Below, in pieces: positions 25,878-34,721 of a stretch of DNA of 64,000 nucleotides. The notes below the pieces were generated by a model. It saw only the letters and a program-made list of their open reading frames with translations. It searched no databases and was not told the origin of the DNA. Source of the stretch: Gemmatimonadota bacterium (GTDB taxonomy: Bacteria; Gemmatimonadota; Gemmatimonadetes; Gemmatimonadales; Gemmatimonadaceae); the NCBI GenBank assembly GCA_021324635.1, contig JAJPIS010000070.1, positions 7,061-71,060 on the forward strand. The letters run 5' to 3'. Positions within the stretch are counted from its first letter, which is position 1; each line of letters starts with the position of its first letter. A program made the position numbers and the translations under genes.

Positions 25878-27115
25878 GCGACGCGCCGGCCGGCGCGGTG
25901 ACCGCGAGCGCCGTGCCCGTGCCGAGCCGGCTCCAGGTCAAGTTTCCGCCCGAGCTGCACGACCAGCTCATCGCACTCCGGCGGGCGCTGCATCAGCACC
26001 CGGAGCTCTCCGGGCACGAGACCGAGACGGCGACCCGCCTGGCCGGCGCGGTCGCCGCGGTGACCGCCCGCCGCCCGGCCGCCATTCAGCGGCCGGGGAA
26101 GGGGAATATGGTCGTGGCCCGCGTCCCCGGACGGCGGCCCGGCGCCCCGCTCGTCGCGATCCGCGGCGACATCGACGCGCTCCCGATTCAGGAGGAGACC
26201 GGGCTGCCGTACGCGTCGCAGGTGCCGGGAGTGATGCACGCCTGTGGGCACGACGTGCACGCGACCTGGGCGGTCGGCGCGGCGGGCCTGCTGTCGGCGG
26301 CTCCCGCGGCCGGCGATGTCCTCATCGTTCTCCAGCCGGCCGAGGAGACGGGGCGGGGTGCGCTCGACGTCCTCGAGACCGGCGCGCTCGATGACGTCCG
26401 GGCGATCTTCGGCGGGCATGTGGATCGGCGGTTCACGGTCGGGCAGGTCGTGGCGGACGAGGGATCGCTGGCCGCGTCCGCCGACACGTTCACGATCGAG
26501 CTGATCGGTCGCGGCGCGCACGCCGCTCGCCCGCACGAGTCGGCCGATCCGATCGTCGGGCTCGGCGCAGTCATCAGCGCGTTCCAGACGATCGTCGCCC
26601 GGCGCCTGAACCCCGCGACCCCCGGAGTCGTCACGGTCGGCCGCGTCCGCGCGGGCACCGCGAGCAATGTCATCCCCGAGCGGGCGACGCTCGAGGGCAC
26701 GTTGCGGGCGATCGACCCCGCCACTCGACAGCTGCTGCGGGACGAAATCGAGCGCATCGCATCGGCGATCGCGGCCGCGCACCGGCTGGAGGCGCGTGTC
26801 ACGGTCGACCTCGGCACGCCGCCGGTCGTCAATCCGCCGGGCGCGACGGCGTGGGCGCGCACCGCCGTCACCAACACGCTCGGCGCGGACGCCCTCACGC
26901 CCCTCGGCTTCGTCAACCTCGCGGGTGAGGACTTCGCCCACTATCAGGAACGCATCCCGGGATGCTTCGTGCGCATCGGCGCCCGCGAGCCGGGCGGCGA
27001 GGCCATCCCCGCCCATTCCCCGCGCTTCACGGCCTCGGAGAGCAGCATCTTCGTCGGCGCCGCAGTGCTGGCCGAGGCCGCTCGCGTCGCGTCGGAGGCC
27101 CTGGCGAAGGGATAG
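25874..27115 (+). CDS. M20-family N-acyl-L-amino-acid amidohydrolase (hippurate-hydrolase type)
   Basis: LIALRRALHQHPELSGHE, RGDIDALPIQE, MHACGHDVH, LQPAEETGRGA, GEDFAHY. GTGA overlap with the racemase stop. Confidence 0.85.
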   Translation: MSDAPAGAVTASAVPVPSRLQVKFPPELHDQLIALRRALHQHPELSGHETETATRLAGAVAAVTARRPAAIQRPGKGNMVVARVPGRRPGAPLVAIRGDIDALPIQEETGLPYASQVPGVMHACGHDVHATWAVGAAGLLSAAPAAGDVLIVLQPAEETGRGALDVLETGALDDVRAIFGGHVDRRFTVGQVVADEGSLAASADTFTIELIGRGAHAARPHESADPIVGLGAVISAFQTIVARRLNPATPGVVTVGRVRAGTASNVIPERATLEGTLRAIDPATRQLLRDEIERIASAIAAAHRLEARVTVDLGTPPVVNPPGATAWARTAVTNTLGADALTPLGFVNLAGEDFAHYQERIPGCFVRIGAREPGGEAIPAHSPRFTASESSIFVGAAVLAEAARVASEALAKG

Positions 27116-27214
27116 CGGCGCCCCGACCGGAACCTCCTCGGCGCCTCGCGGATTGAGAGGCGATGCAGCGCACGGATCAGCGATTCGCCGTCCTCCGGCC
27201 CGCGGTCAGCGGCC

Positions 27215-28873
27215 ATGGCGACTGACGCGGCCCGACTGCCGGCCCCGCCGGGCGCCGGGGTGGCGCGGCCAGCGCCCGCCGCGCCGGCCCTGGCTCCGGC
27301 GGACGACGCCGACGTCCACGAGTACCGCTGGCTCATCCTCCTCGGCCTCATCACGGCCGCCATCATGGAGGTGCTCGACACCACGATCGTGAACGTCGCG
27401 CTCCCGCAGATGGCCGGGAACCTCGGTGCGACCTACGACGAGATCGCGTGGGTGGCGACCGGCTACATCCTGTCGAACGTCGTCGTGCTCCCGATGACGG
27501 CCTTCTTCACGGCCACCTTCGGCCGGAAGAACTATCTCACCTTCTCGATCGGGCTGTTCGCGTTCGCCTCGTTCATGTGCGGGACCTCGCACACCCTGAT
27601 CGAGCTCGTCATGTGGCGCGTCGTCCAGGGCGCCGGCGGCGCGGCACTCCTCTCGACGGCGCAGGCGACGCTCCGTCAGGTCTTCCCCCGGGAGCAGCAG
27701 GGGCTCGTCCAGGCCCTCTTCATCCTCGGGATCATCGTCGCGCCGACGATCGGCCCGACCCTCGGCGGCTGGATCACCGACAACTACAACTGGAACTGGA
27801 TCTTTTTCATCAACATCCCGATCGCCGCGGTCTCGATCTTCCTGGTGACGGGCTTCCTGCACGATCCCCCGTGGATGCGGCGGAAGCCGGAAGGGGTCGA
27901 TCTCCCCGGCATCATGCTGCTCATCGTGGGGTTGGCGTCGTTGCAGTACGTGCTCGAGGAGGGGAAGCGCTTCGACTGGTTCGAGAACAGGACGATCGTG
28001 CGGCTGGCGATCCTGTCGAGCATCTGCCTGCTATCCATGCTCTGGTGGGAGCTATCGCGCCGCAATCCGCACCCGGTCGTGAACTTCCGGGTCCTCCGGA
28101 ACAAGCAGCTGTCGGCGTCGATCTTCCTGTTCATCGCGCTCGGCTTCGGTCTCTACGGCGGGGTCTTCATCTTCCCCCTCTTCACGCAGAACCTGCTGGG
28201 GTTCACGGCAACCGAGACGGGACTCGCGCTTCTGCCCGGTGGGCTCGCGACCGCGCTGGCCGCGATCATCTCCGGACGTCTTCTGAACGGTGCCAAGCCG
28301 CTCGTCGACGGCCGAGTGCTGATCGCCGTCGGCGTCGGCATCTTCCTCGTGTCCATGTGGATGCTGGGGCACCTCACGACCCAGGCGGGCGAGCCGGACG
28401 CCCGATTCGCGCTCTTCATCCGTGGCCTGGGACTCGGCTTCCTCTTCACCCCGATCAACAACGTGGCGTACGGAGCGCTCGAGCCTCGCGACGCCCAGCA
28501 GGCGTCGGGGTTGATCAATCTCGCGCGCCAGCTCGGCGGCTCCTTCGGGATCGCCGTCCTCAACACCTACGTGACCAACCACACGCAGCTCCACCGCGTG
28601 GACCTGCTGAACTACGTCTACTCGTACAACCCGCGGGTCCTGGAGCGGCTGCACATGGTCGCGAGCGGGTTGATGGCGCACGGCTACAGCGCGCTCGACG
28701 CGCAGCGGGCCGCCGTCGGCGTGCTCGATCAGATGCTGATGCGACAGGCCACGATGCTCGCCTTCAACGACGCCTGGATGCTGATCCTGATCTCGTTCGT
28801 CGTCACCGCGCCGGCGATCCTCCTGCTCGGGAAGCCGCGCGTGGGCGGCGCAGGCGCCGGCGCCGGGCACTAG
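27215..28873 (+). CDS. MFS transporter, DHA2 (EmrB/QacA, 14-TMS) family
   Basis: WLILLGLITAAIMEVLDTTIVNVALPQMAGNLGA...WVATGYILSNVVVLPMTAFF..FGRKN; length and helix count fit DHA2. Confidence 0.85.
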   Translation: MATDAARLPAPPGAGVARPAPAAPALAPADDADVHEYRWLILLGLITAAIMEVLDTTIVNVALPQMAGNLGATYDEIAWVATGYILSNVVVLPMTAFFTATFGRKNYLTFSIGLFAFASFMCGTSHTLIELVMWRVVQGAGGAALLSTAQATLRQVFPREQQGLVQALFILGIIVAPTIGPTLGGWITDNYNWNWIFFINIPIAAVSIFLVTGFLHDPPWMRRKPEGVDLPGIMLLIVGLASLQYVLEEGKRFDWFENRTIVRLAILSSICLLSMLWWELSRRNPHPVVNFRVLRNKQLSASIFLFIALGFGLYGGVFIFPLFTQNLLGFTATETGLALLPGGLATALAAIISGRLLNGAKPLVDGRVLIAVGVGIFLVSMWMLGHLTTQAGEPDARFALFIRGLGLGFLFTPINNVAYGALEPRDAQQASGLINLARQLGGSFGIAVLNTYVTNHTQLHRVDLLNYVYSYNPRVLERLHMVASGLMAHGYSALDAQRAAVGVLDQMLMRQATMLAFNDAWMLILISFVVTAPAILLLGKPRVGGAGAGAGH

Positions 28874-28973
28874 CCGGCCCTTCGTTTCCTGGCCCTGTCG
28901 GCGGTCGCGGCCGCCGGCGGGGTCGGCGCCGTGATCCCGGGCGGGCGTGTGGGCGCCCAACCACCAACGACGG

Positions 28974-29760
28974 GGGGGCATCGTGATGCCCCGTAGGGGC
29001 GGCATTCATGCCGCCCGCGACCCGCATCCCGCACCAATGCCGGGGCGGCATTCATGCCGCCCGCGACCCGCATCCCGCACGAATGCCTGGCCCGGCGTGT
29101 CACGCGGGCCGCGTCCCGCGGCCACCAAAGGAAGCGTTATTGTTGATGGTGCCAGGGGCAATCGCTTCGCGATTGCCCCTGGCACCGGGAACCGCAACGA
29201 CCGGAGCGGGATGGTGGGCCCGTCGCGGTGGGGCCGGGGCGCGTGTGGGTGCGTGGATGCCCGCGGCACCGGGAACGGCGGGCGGGAATGCATGGTGTCG
29301 CCGCGGGCGCACGTCGCCGTGCGCGCCCCGCGTAGGGGCGGCATTCATGCCGCCCGCGATTCGCATCCCACACGGATGCCCGGCCCGGCATTCATGCCGC
29401 CCGCGACCCGCATCCCACACGGATGCCCGGCCCGGCATTCATGCCGCCCGCGATTCGCATCCCGCACCAATGCCTGGGCGGCCGTGGGACGCGACCGGCG
29501 TGCGGCATCCCGCGCCACGCGGGGCGTCGTATATGCCGAACGGCAACGGCGAATGACGTGAATGCCGGGCCGGACATTGGTGCGAAATGATGGCAGCGGG
29601 CGGCATGAATGCCGCCCCTACGGGGGTGCGTTGGCCGGCATTTCGCACCACGGGGGTGCGTTGGCCGGCATTGCGCACCAATGCCGGGCGGCATCCGCAC
29701 CGGTGCCGGTGATGCTGGGCGGCATCCCCACCGATGCCGGCGGCCGGCATGTCATGCCGC
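28974..29760. repeat. REP/BIME-like array of GGCAT..ATGCC mini-hairpins in both orientations
   Basis: 46-bp units GGGGCGGCATTCATGCCGCCCGCGACCCGCATCCCGCACCAATGCC occur x2 (28996-29087) and x3 (about 29335-29475). An inverted copy GGGCGGCATGAATGCCGCCCCTACG is at 29598-29622. A 30-bp unit occurs x2 at 29621-29680. A 15-bp-stem hairpin GCCAGGGGCAATCGC-ttc-GCGATTGCCCCTGGC is at 29151-29183. The array fills the convergent gap between the MFS gene and the sigma gene. Confidence 0.85.
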
Positions 29761-31023
29761 GCCGTCGTTCACGCACGCGGCCGCCCGTTCGAGGAGCAGC
29801 GCGCGCTCGCGGGTATTGCGGGTCAGGGCGGCGGCGCGCTCGAGCGCTGAGCGCGCCTCCTCGAAGCGCCCGAGCTTCATGAGGAAGTCGGCCCGCACGG
29901 CCGGCAGGAGATGATAGCTGGCGAGCGACGGGTCGTCGGCGACCGCATCGGTGGCCTCGAGCCCCGCGGCCGGTCCGAACGCCATCCCCAGGGCGACCGC
30001 GCGGTTGAGCTGCACGACGGGTGAGGGGACGAGCTCTGTGAGCGCGTCGTACAGGGCGACGATACGATCCCAATCGGTCTCGGCGGCCGTGCGCGCCTGG
30101 GCGTGACAGGCCGCAATCCCGGCTTGCAGCGTGTACGGGCCGAAGCTGCCGAGTGCCTGAGCGCGGGCGAGCGCCTCGAGACCGCGGCCGATGAGCAGGT
30201 GATCCCACCGTGCGCGGTCCTGGTCGAGCAGCAGGATCGGTTCGCCCGAGGCCCCGGTGCGGGCGCGGGACCGCGACGCCTGGAGCTCCATGAGAGCCAC
30301 GATCCCATGGACCTCGCCCTCCTGTGGCATCAGCTCGGCCAGGATGCGCCCCAGCCGCAGCGCCTCGTCACAGAGCTCCGGCCGGATCCAGTCGTCTCCG
30401 CCAGTCGCGACGTACCCCTCGTTGAAGATGAGATAGATCACCTCGAGCACCGATGCGAGGCGCGCCGGCCGCTCGTCGGCGCGCGGCACCTCGAACCCGA
30501 CGTGCGCCGCGGCGAGCGTCCGCTTGGCCCGAACGATCCGCTGGGCGATCGTCGCCTCGGGGACGAGGAAGGCCCGGGCGATCTCGGGAGTCGTCAGCCC
30601 GCCCAGCAACCGGAGCGTGAGCGCCACGCGTGCGTCGGGCGAGAGGACCGGATGACAGGTCGTGAACACGAGCCGCAGGAGGTCGTCACCGATGTCGTCG
30701 TCGAGGGCGGCGTGGATGTCCCGCTCGGTCGTCTCCTGCCGCGCGTCGAGCTCCCGACCCAGCTCCTCGTGGGTCCTGACGACCCGCTGCGTACGCCGGA
30801 AGCCGTCGATCGCCCGACGCTTGGCAGTCGTCATCAGCCACGCGCCCGGGTTTGCCGGCACGCCCGACGCCGGCCACTGCTCCAGCGCCGCCACGAGCGC
30901 GTCGTGCGCGAGGTCTTCCGCTTGCCCCACATCGCCGACCATGCGCGCCAGGCTGGCGATGAGCTTTGCGGACTCGATGCGCCAGACGGCATCGATGGCG
31001 CGGTGAACCGCCGATTCGGTCAT
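29752..31023 (-). CDS. ECF sigma factor with long C-terminal TPR-like extension (ECF42-type)
   Basis: DLAHDALVAALEQWP..GVPANPGAWLMTTAKRRAIDGFRR (region 2), TPEIARAFLVPEATIAQRIVRAKRTL (region 4), then about 220 aa of extension. Track ORF trimmed to the ATG at 31023. Confidence 0.85.
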   Translation of the reverse strand: MTESAVHRAIDAVWRIESAKLIASLARMVGDVGQAEDLAHDALVAALEQWPASGVPANPGAWLMTTAKRRAIDGFRRTQRVVRTHEELGRELDARQETTERDIHAALDDDIGDDLLRLVFTTCHPVLSPDARVALTLRLLGGLTTPEIARAFLVPEATIAQRIVRAKRTLAAAHVGFEVPRADERPARLASVLEVIYLIFNEGYVATGGDDWIRPELCDEALRLGRILAELMPQEGEVHGIVALMELQASRSRARTGASGEPILLLDQDRARWDHLLIGRGLEALARAQALGSFGPYTLQAGIAACHAQARTAAETDWDRIVALYDALTELVPSPVVQLNRAVALGMAFGPAAGLEATDAVADDPSLASYHLLPAVRADFLMKLGRFEEARSALERAAALTRNTRERALLLERAAACVNDGAA

Positions 31024-31084
31024 GGCGTCGTGAAGGCGGGCGCCGGGGCCGACGGAGGTCGGCCCCGGTGGGTTTCGCCGTCGG

Positions 31085-31513
31085 TCAGCGGCGCTCGGGC
31101 TGGGCCGCCCGCTGCTGGAGCTCCGGGAAGCCGTCCGCGGCCTGCCGGACATCCGTCGGGAAGTCGGCCATCTCGAATACCTGGCGAACCTCGATCACCT
31201 CGTTGTCCGACGCCGGGCACCGGCTCGCCCACTCGATCGCCTCCTCCCTGGACTTCACCTGAATCATCCAGTACCCGCCGATAACTTCCTTCGCTTCCGG
31301 GAAGGGTCCGTCCATCACCTTGGGCTTGCCGCCGGCGAATGAGACCCGGGCCCCCATCGAGGGCGGCCGCAGTCCGTCGAGCGCGAGCAGGACGCCGGCC
31401 TTCTGGAGCGATTCGTTGTACTTCATCATTGCCGAGACCGCCTTGGCGTCCGGCATCCGGTCCGGGGCGGCGGATTCGTACCCCTTGGGGATCATGAGCA
31501 TCATGAATCGCAT
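31085..31513 (-). CDS. YCII/DGPF-domain protein
   Basis: MRFMMLMIPKGYES...KYNESLQKAGVLLALDGLRP...MDGPFPEAKEVIGGYWMIQVKSREEAIEWASRCP. Only the last 142 codons of track ORF 31085..32416 are credible. Confidence 0.8.
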   Translation of the reverse strand: MRFMMLMIPKGYESAAPDRMPDAKAVSAMMKYNESLQKAGVLLALDGLRPPSMGARVSFAGGKPKVMDGPFPEAKEVIGGYWMIQVKSREEAIEWASRCPASDNEVIEVRQVFEMADFPTDVRQAADGFPELQQRAAQPERR

Positions 31514-31786
31514 GGGAGTGTCTCTCGGGTGGTGGGTTTCGGGCTGGACCGGCGTCGGACCGGGTGGCCTCTGCTCATACGTCGAACGAAATTCGGCCGG
31601 ATCGACACGACCGGCGCCGAGCGCCGCGTTCCCTCCGCCGAAAGGAAGCGATGATCGGGCTCGGCTGGAATGACGGCCGCCCGCCTCGGATTCATCATCG
31701 GCGCACTCAGCGTACCGCGCCGCGACACCGGCTACCTGCGCTGCACGGATCCCCGCCCCCCCTCCCCACCCCCGCCCCCGCCCCTC

Positions 31787-32152
31787 ATGTCCCCCGACAA
31801 AGCCAACCTTACCGAGAAGTTCGCGGCCTTCAACGAGCACTGGTCGCCGAAGATCGTGGCCGAGCTGAACGGCCAGCAGGTGAAGCTCTCGAAGTTCAAA
31901 GGGCCGTTCATCTGGCATCAGCACGAGCACGAAGATGAGATGTTCCTCGTGCATCGCGGGAGCTTCCGGATGGAGTTTCGCGACCGGACCGTGACGCTGA
32001 ACGCCGGGGATTTCCTGGTCGTTCCTCGCGGCGTCGAGCACCGGCCGGTGGCCGACGAGGAGGTCCACGTGGTGCTCTTCGAGCCCGCCGGTACCGTCAA
32101 CACAGGAAACGTGCGCGACGCTCGCACGATCGAGAACCCGGCGCGGCTCTAG
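31787..32152 (+). CDS. cupin-domain protein
   Basis: FIWHQHEHEDEMFLVHRG...GDFLVVPRGVEHRP (two cupin motifs). Confidence 0.8.
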   Translation: MSPDKANLTEKFAAFNEHWSPKIVAELNGQQVKLSKFKGPFIWHQHEHEDEMFLVHRGSFRMEFRDRTVTLNAGDFLVVPRGVEHRPVADEEVHVVLFEPAGTVNTGNVRDARTIENPARL

Positions 32153-32211
32153 AACCGTCGGGATGATCCGACCCACCCGACACCGCCGTCGTCTCTCGAC
32201 GACGCAGCCAC

Positions 32212-33321
32212 CTACCGCTTCGCGGTCGCCCGCCGGAGGTGCTGAATCAGCGCATCGGACCAGAGCGGCAGATGGCCACCTGCGGCGTCCTGAGCCCTGG
32301 CGGTGCGCTGATAGCGGAGCACGAGCTGTGTGGGATGACAGAGCGTGGCCATCAGCGCGGCATGGCCGTGGGCCTTCTCGACCGTGCGAGTCATGAGATA
32401 GCCGACCGTGTACCACGGGCCCTGCACTGTGCCGAAGAACGACATCGCCCGGGCCGTCACCGTGTCGCGATTCGTCACCCGACGATCGAGGATGTCGGTG
32501 AAGAACCGGTCGAGCTGCGCCAGGTCGGCGGCCACGTTGCCGTAGTTGCGATCCCAGGTGGCGCGCGCGCTCGAGTCATCGCCGGCGTGCGGGTAGACAT
32601 CCGGGCCGCCGGCCGCGGCGAGCATCGCCCAGCCTTCGCCGAAGGCGCCCATCCATGTCGTCACGGACGCGAGCGGCGTCGCCTGGGAGGTGTCCAGCCC
32701 CGGGCAGGCGGCCTCGTAGCCGATGTGGTGGAGCTCGTGTGCGATCTCGTTCTCGAAGCTGGCGGCCCCGATCGATGGGTCGTCGGCCACGAAGATACTC
32801 GGCCCACTGTCGGTCTTGAACACGAACGTGTTCAGGCGCGGCTTGACCTCGAAGTAGAGCGTCGCGTGAAAGGCCGTCCCCGGCGGTAGGTAGGCGGCGG
32901 CGCGGCGGACGGACTCGCGGATGTCGGCGTGGCGCCACCGCGTGAGCGTCGCCTCGAGTGCCGGCGCGCGTCGGGCCGTACTATCGGACCGGAGAAAGGC
33001 GCGAAATGCGGAGTCGGTGACCGAGCGGTGAAAGGCGGCCTCGCGGACGCGGAGCGCCCAGTACCCCTCGCTCGCGCGGACGCGCTGCCACGCCTGGTCG
33101 GCCGCCTCCGGCGTCGGCGCCCTGATCACGGCGAGCGCCGCGTCGGCCTCATCGGCGACCACACGGAGCCGCGCCGCTCCCACCTGCTCCACGACGGCGC
33201 GCGTTTCTGCCGCGCGCGATGCGCCAGGTGACTGGCCGGGGAGCGAGCCCCCGATGAGCGCCGCCACAGCGACCACCGGCAGATCGATGCGCCGGCCCCC
33301 CTGACCCTGCGTCCTACCCAC
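32212..33321 (-). CDS. putative secreted HExxH zinc metalloprotease (DUF5700-like)
   Basis: FENEIAHELHHIGYEA (HExxH), with a signal-like IDLPVVAVAALIGGSLPG. GGAGGGAG RBS precedes the GTG at 33321. The upstream 286 codons of the track ORF are junk. Confidence 0.55.
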   Translation of the reverse strand: MGRTQGQGGRRIDLPVVAVAALIGGSLPGQSPGASRAAETRAVVEQVGAARLRVVADEADAALAVIRAPTPEAADQAWQRVRASEGYWALRVREAAFHRSVTDSAFRAFLRSDSTARRAPALEATLTRWRHADIRESVRRAAAYLPPGTAFHATLYFEVKPRLNTFVFKTDSGPSIFVADDPSIGAASFENEIAHELHHIGYEAACPGLDTSQATPLASVTTWMGAFGEGWAMLAAAGGPDVYPHAGDDSSARATWDRNYGNVAADLAQLDRFFTDILDRRVTNRDTVTARAMSFFGTVQGPWYTVGYLMTRTVEKAHGHAALMATLCHPTQLVLRYQRTARAQDAAGGHLPLWSDALIQHLRRATAKR

Positions 33322-33495
33322 GGCTCCCTCCCGTTCCGGATCTGCAGACCGGCTTCGGGCCTGCGTGCAAACCCGGCGGCCGACGGCCACCGGGCGCGCG
33401 GCGCCCGCCCGAGCGCCGAGATATTGGAGTCCGAATCCGTGAGATCGGTTGCGTCCTGAGGCTGGCGCTGGTGTCGCGGTCGGGGACCGGCGAGA

Positions 33496-34092
33496 TTGGC
33501 GAGACACTGTCGGAGGATCGCAGTGACGGCGCCAGCGGTCGCAGGGCTCCCCGACTGGGGAAACTTCTACGTCATCATCGGGTCGGCCGGGGCCGGGCTC
33601 ACCGGGCTGATGTTCGTGGTGATCACGCTGGGTGCGCAGGCGGGCGCGGTACGGGCCGAGGAAGGTCTGCGGGCGTTCGTGACGCCGACCCTCATCCATT
33701 TCTGCGCGGCCGTGCTCATCGCCGCGATCGTGACGAGCCCCGGGCAGACGCCGGTGTCGCTCGGACTGATGACCGGCGCGTGCGGCATCGTCGGGCTGGG
33801 GTTCGTGGCTCGAGGGTTCCGGGCGGCGCGCCGCCAGGCGCACTACTCCCCGGTGACCGAGGACTGGATCTGGTACATGCTGCTGCCGGCCGTCGGCTAC
33901 GCCGCCATTCTTGCCGCCGCCGCGCTCCTCGTGTGGCTGCCCTCGGGCGCCGGCACCTACGTCCTGGCCGCGGCGACACTCTTCCTCCTCTTTACCGGCA
34001 TCCACAATGCCTGGGATGCCGCCGTCTGGGTCGCCATCAGCATCAGTCGGCCAGGCGACACGGGCCAGGGATCCGGCCCGTCGGCGCCGTGA
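33496..34092 (+). CDS. hypothetical integral membrane protein
   Basis: Five or six hydrophobic helices (FYVIIGSAGAGLTGLMFVVITL, LIHFCAAVLIAAIV, WIWYMLLPAVGYAAILAAAALLVW...). Confidence 0.5.
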   Translation: MARHCRRIAVTAPAVAGLPDWGNFYVIIGSAGAGLTGLMFVVITLGAQAGAVRAEEGLRAFVTPTLIHFCAAVLIAAIVTSPGQTPVSLGLMTGACGIVGLGFVARGFRAARRQAHYSPVTEDWIWYMLLPAVGYAAILAAAALLVWLPSGAGTYVLAAATLFLLFTGIHNAWDAAVWVAISISRPGDTGQGSGPSAP

Positions 34093-34106
34093 GCGGCGCG
34101 GCGGTG

Positions 34107-34721
34107 CTAGGGTAGCAGCTCCCTGGGGATCGGGCTGCCGGGGCGCTCGTCGTCCCAGGACGCGGCGATCACCCACCATCGCTTGCCGTCCCAGAAGAGG
34201 TCGATGCTATTGACGCCGCGGCCGGTGACCGGCCCGCTCCCGATCGCCCGCGTCTCGTAGGTGCTCATCACGTGGGCGATGTTGCCGATGCGGCTCGTGA
34301 CGCGGTGAATCTCGTGCTCCTCGAAGCCGTTCGCCACGAACGCCGAGTCGACCCCATCGACGAACTGCTGGTGCGTCATCACGTGCATGACGGGTGTGCC
34401 GTCGGGCTTCACCCCCGCGGCAAAGAAACGCAGCCCGGGCCAGTAGAGCGTGCGGTCGCGACCCCACTGGCGCGGCTGGCCGGGCGGGCCGCTGATCACG
34501 CCGTAGTAGGCGGCGATCACGCCATCGATCGAGGAGACGTCCTGCGGCCGGGGCGCGAGCGTCGGGACCACGACGTGGTGCCGGGGTGGGGCGGCGCCGG
34601 CGGCCTGCGCGCCGAGGGCCGGCGTCCCGGCCAGTAGCTGCACCGTGGCGAGACCGGATACGGCGAGCGCTCGGCGCAGGCCACGGTGGGCACGGTCGCT
34701 GACGGGATGCATGGCGGTCAC
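34107..34721 (-). CDS. secreted SnoaL/NTF2-like (DUF4440-like) protein
   Basis: Signal-like LAVSGLATVQLLAGTPALGAQA, then IDGVIAAYYGVISG...GVNSIDLFWDGKRWWVIAASWD. GTGA overlap with the aminotransferase stop. Confidence 0.45.
   Translation of the reverse strand: MTAMHPVSDRAHRGLRRALAVSGLATVQLLAGTPALGAQAAGAAPPRHHVVVPTLAPRPQDVSSIDGVIAAYYGVISGPPGQPRQWGRDRTLYWPGLRFFAAGVKPDGTPVMHVMTHQQFVDGVDSAFVANGFEEHEIHRVTSRIGNIAHVMSTYETRAIGSGPVTGRGVNSIDLFWDGKRWWVIAASWDDERPGSPIPRELLP

Noticed and set aside
28974-29760. Possible CRISPR array, because of many similar short repeats
   Set aside because: The units are directly adjacent or irregularly spaced, with no unique spacers of constant length. They occur in both orientations, each is itself a hairpin, and no cas genes are present. 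REP/BIME-like repeats explain the pattern better.
31085-34179. Track ORFs 31085..32416 (443 aa) and 32212..34179 (655 aa) taken at full length. The same issue applies to 43785..45503, 41656..42963 and 417..1799.
   Set aside because: Only the C-terminal parts have protein-like composition and motifs. Internal starts with an RBS or signal peptide exist, and the N-terminal extensions are Arg/Pro-rich and overlap neighbouring genes.
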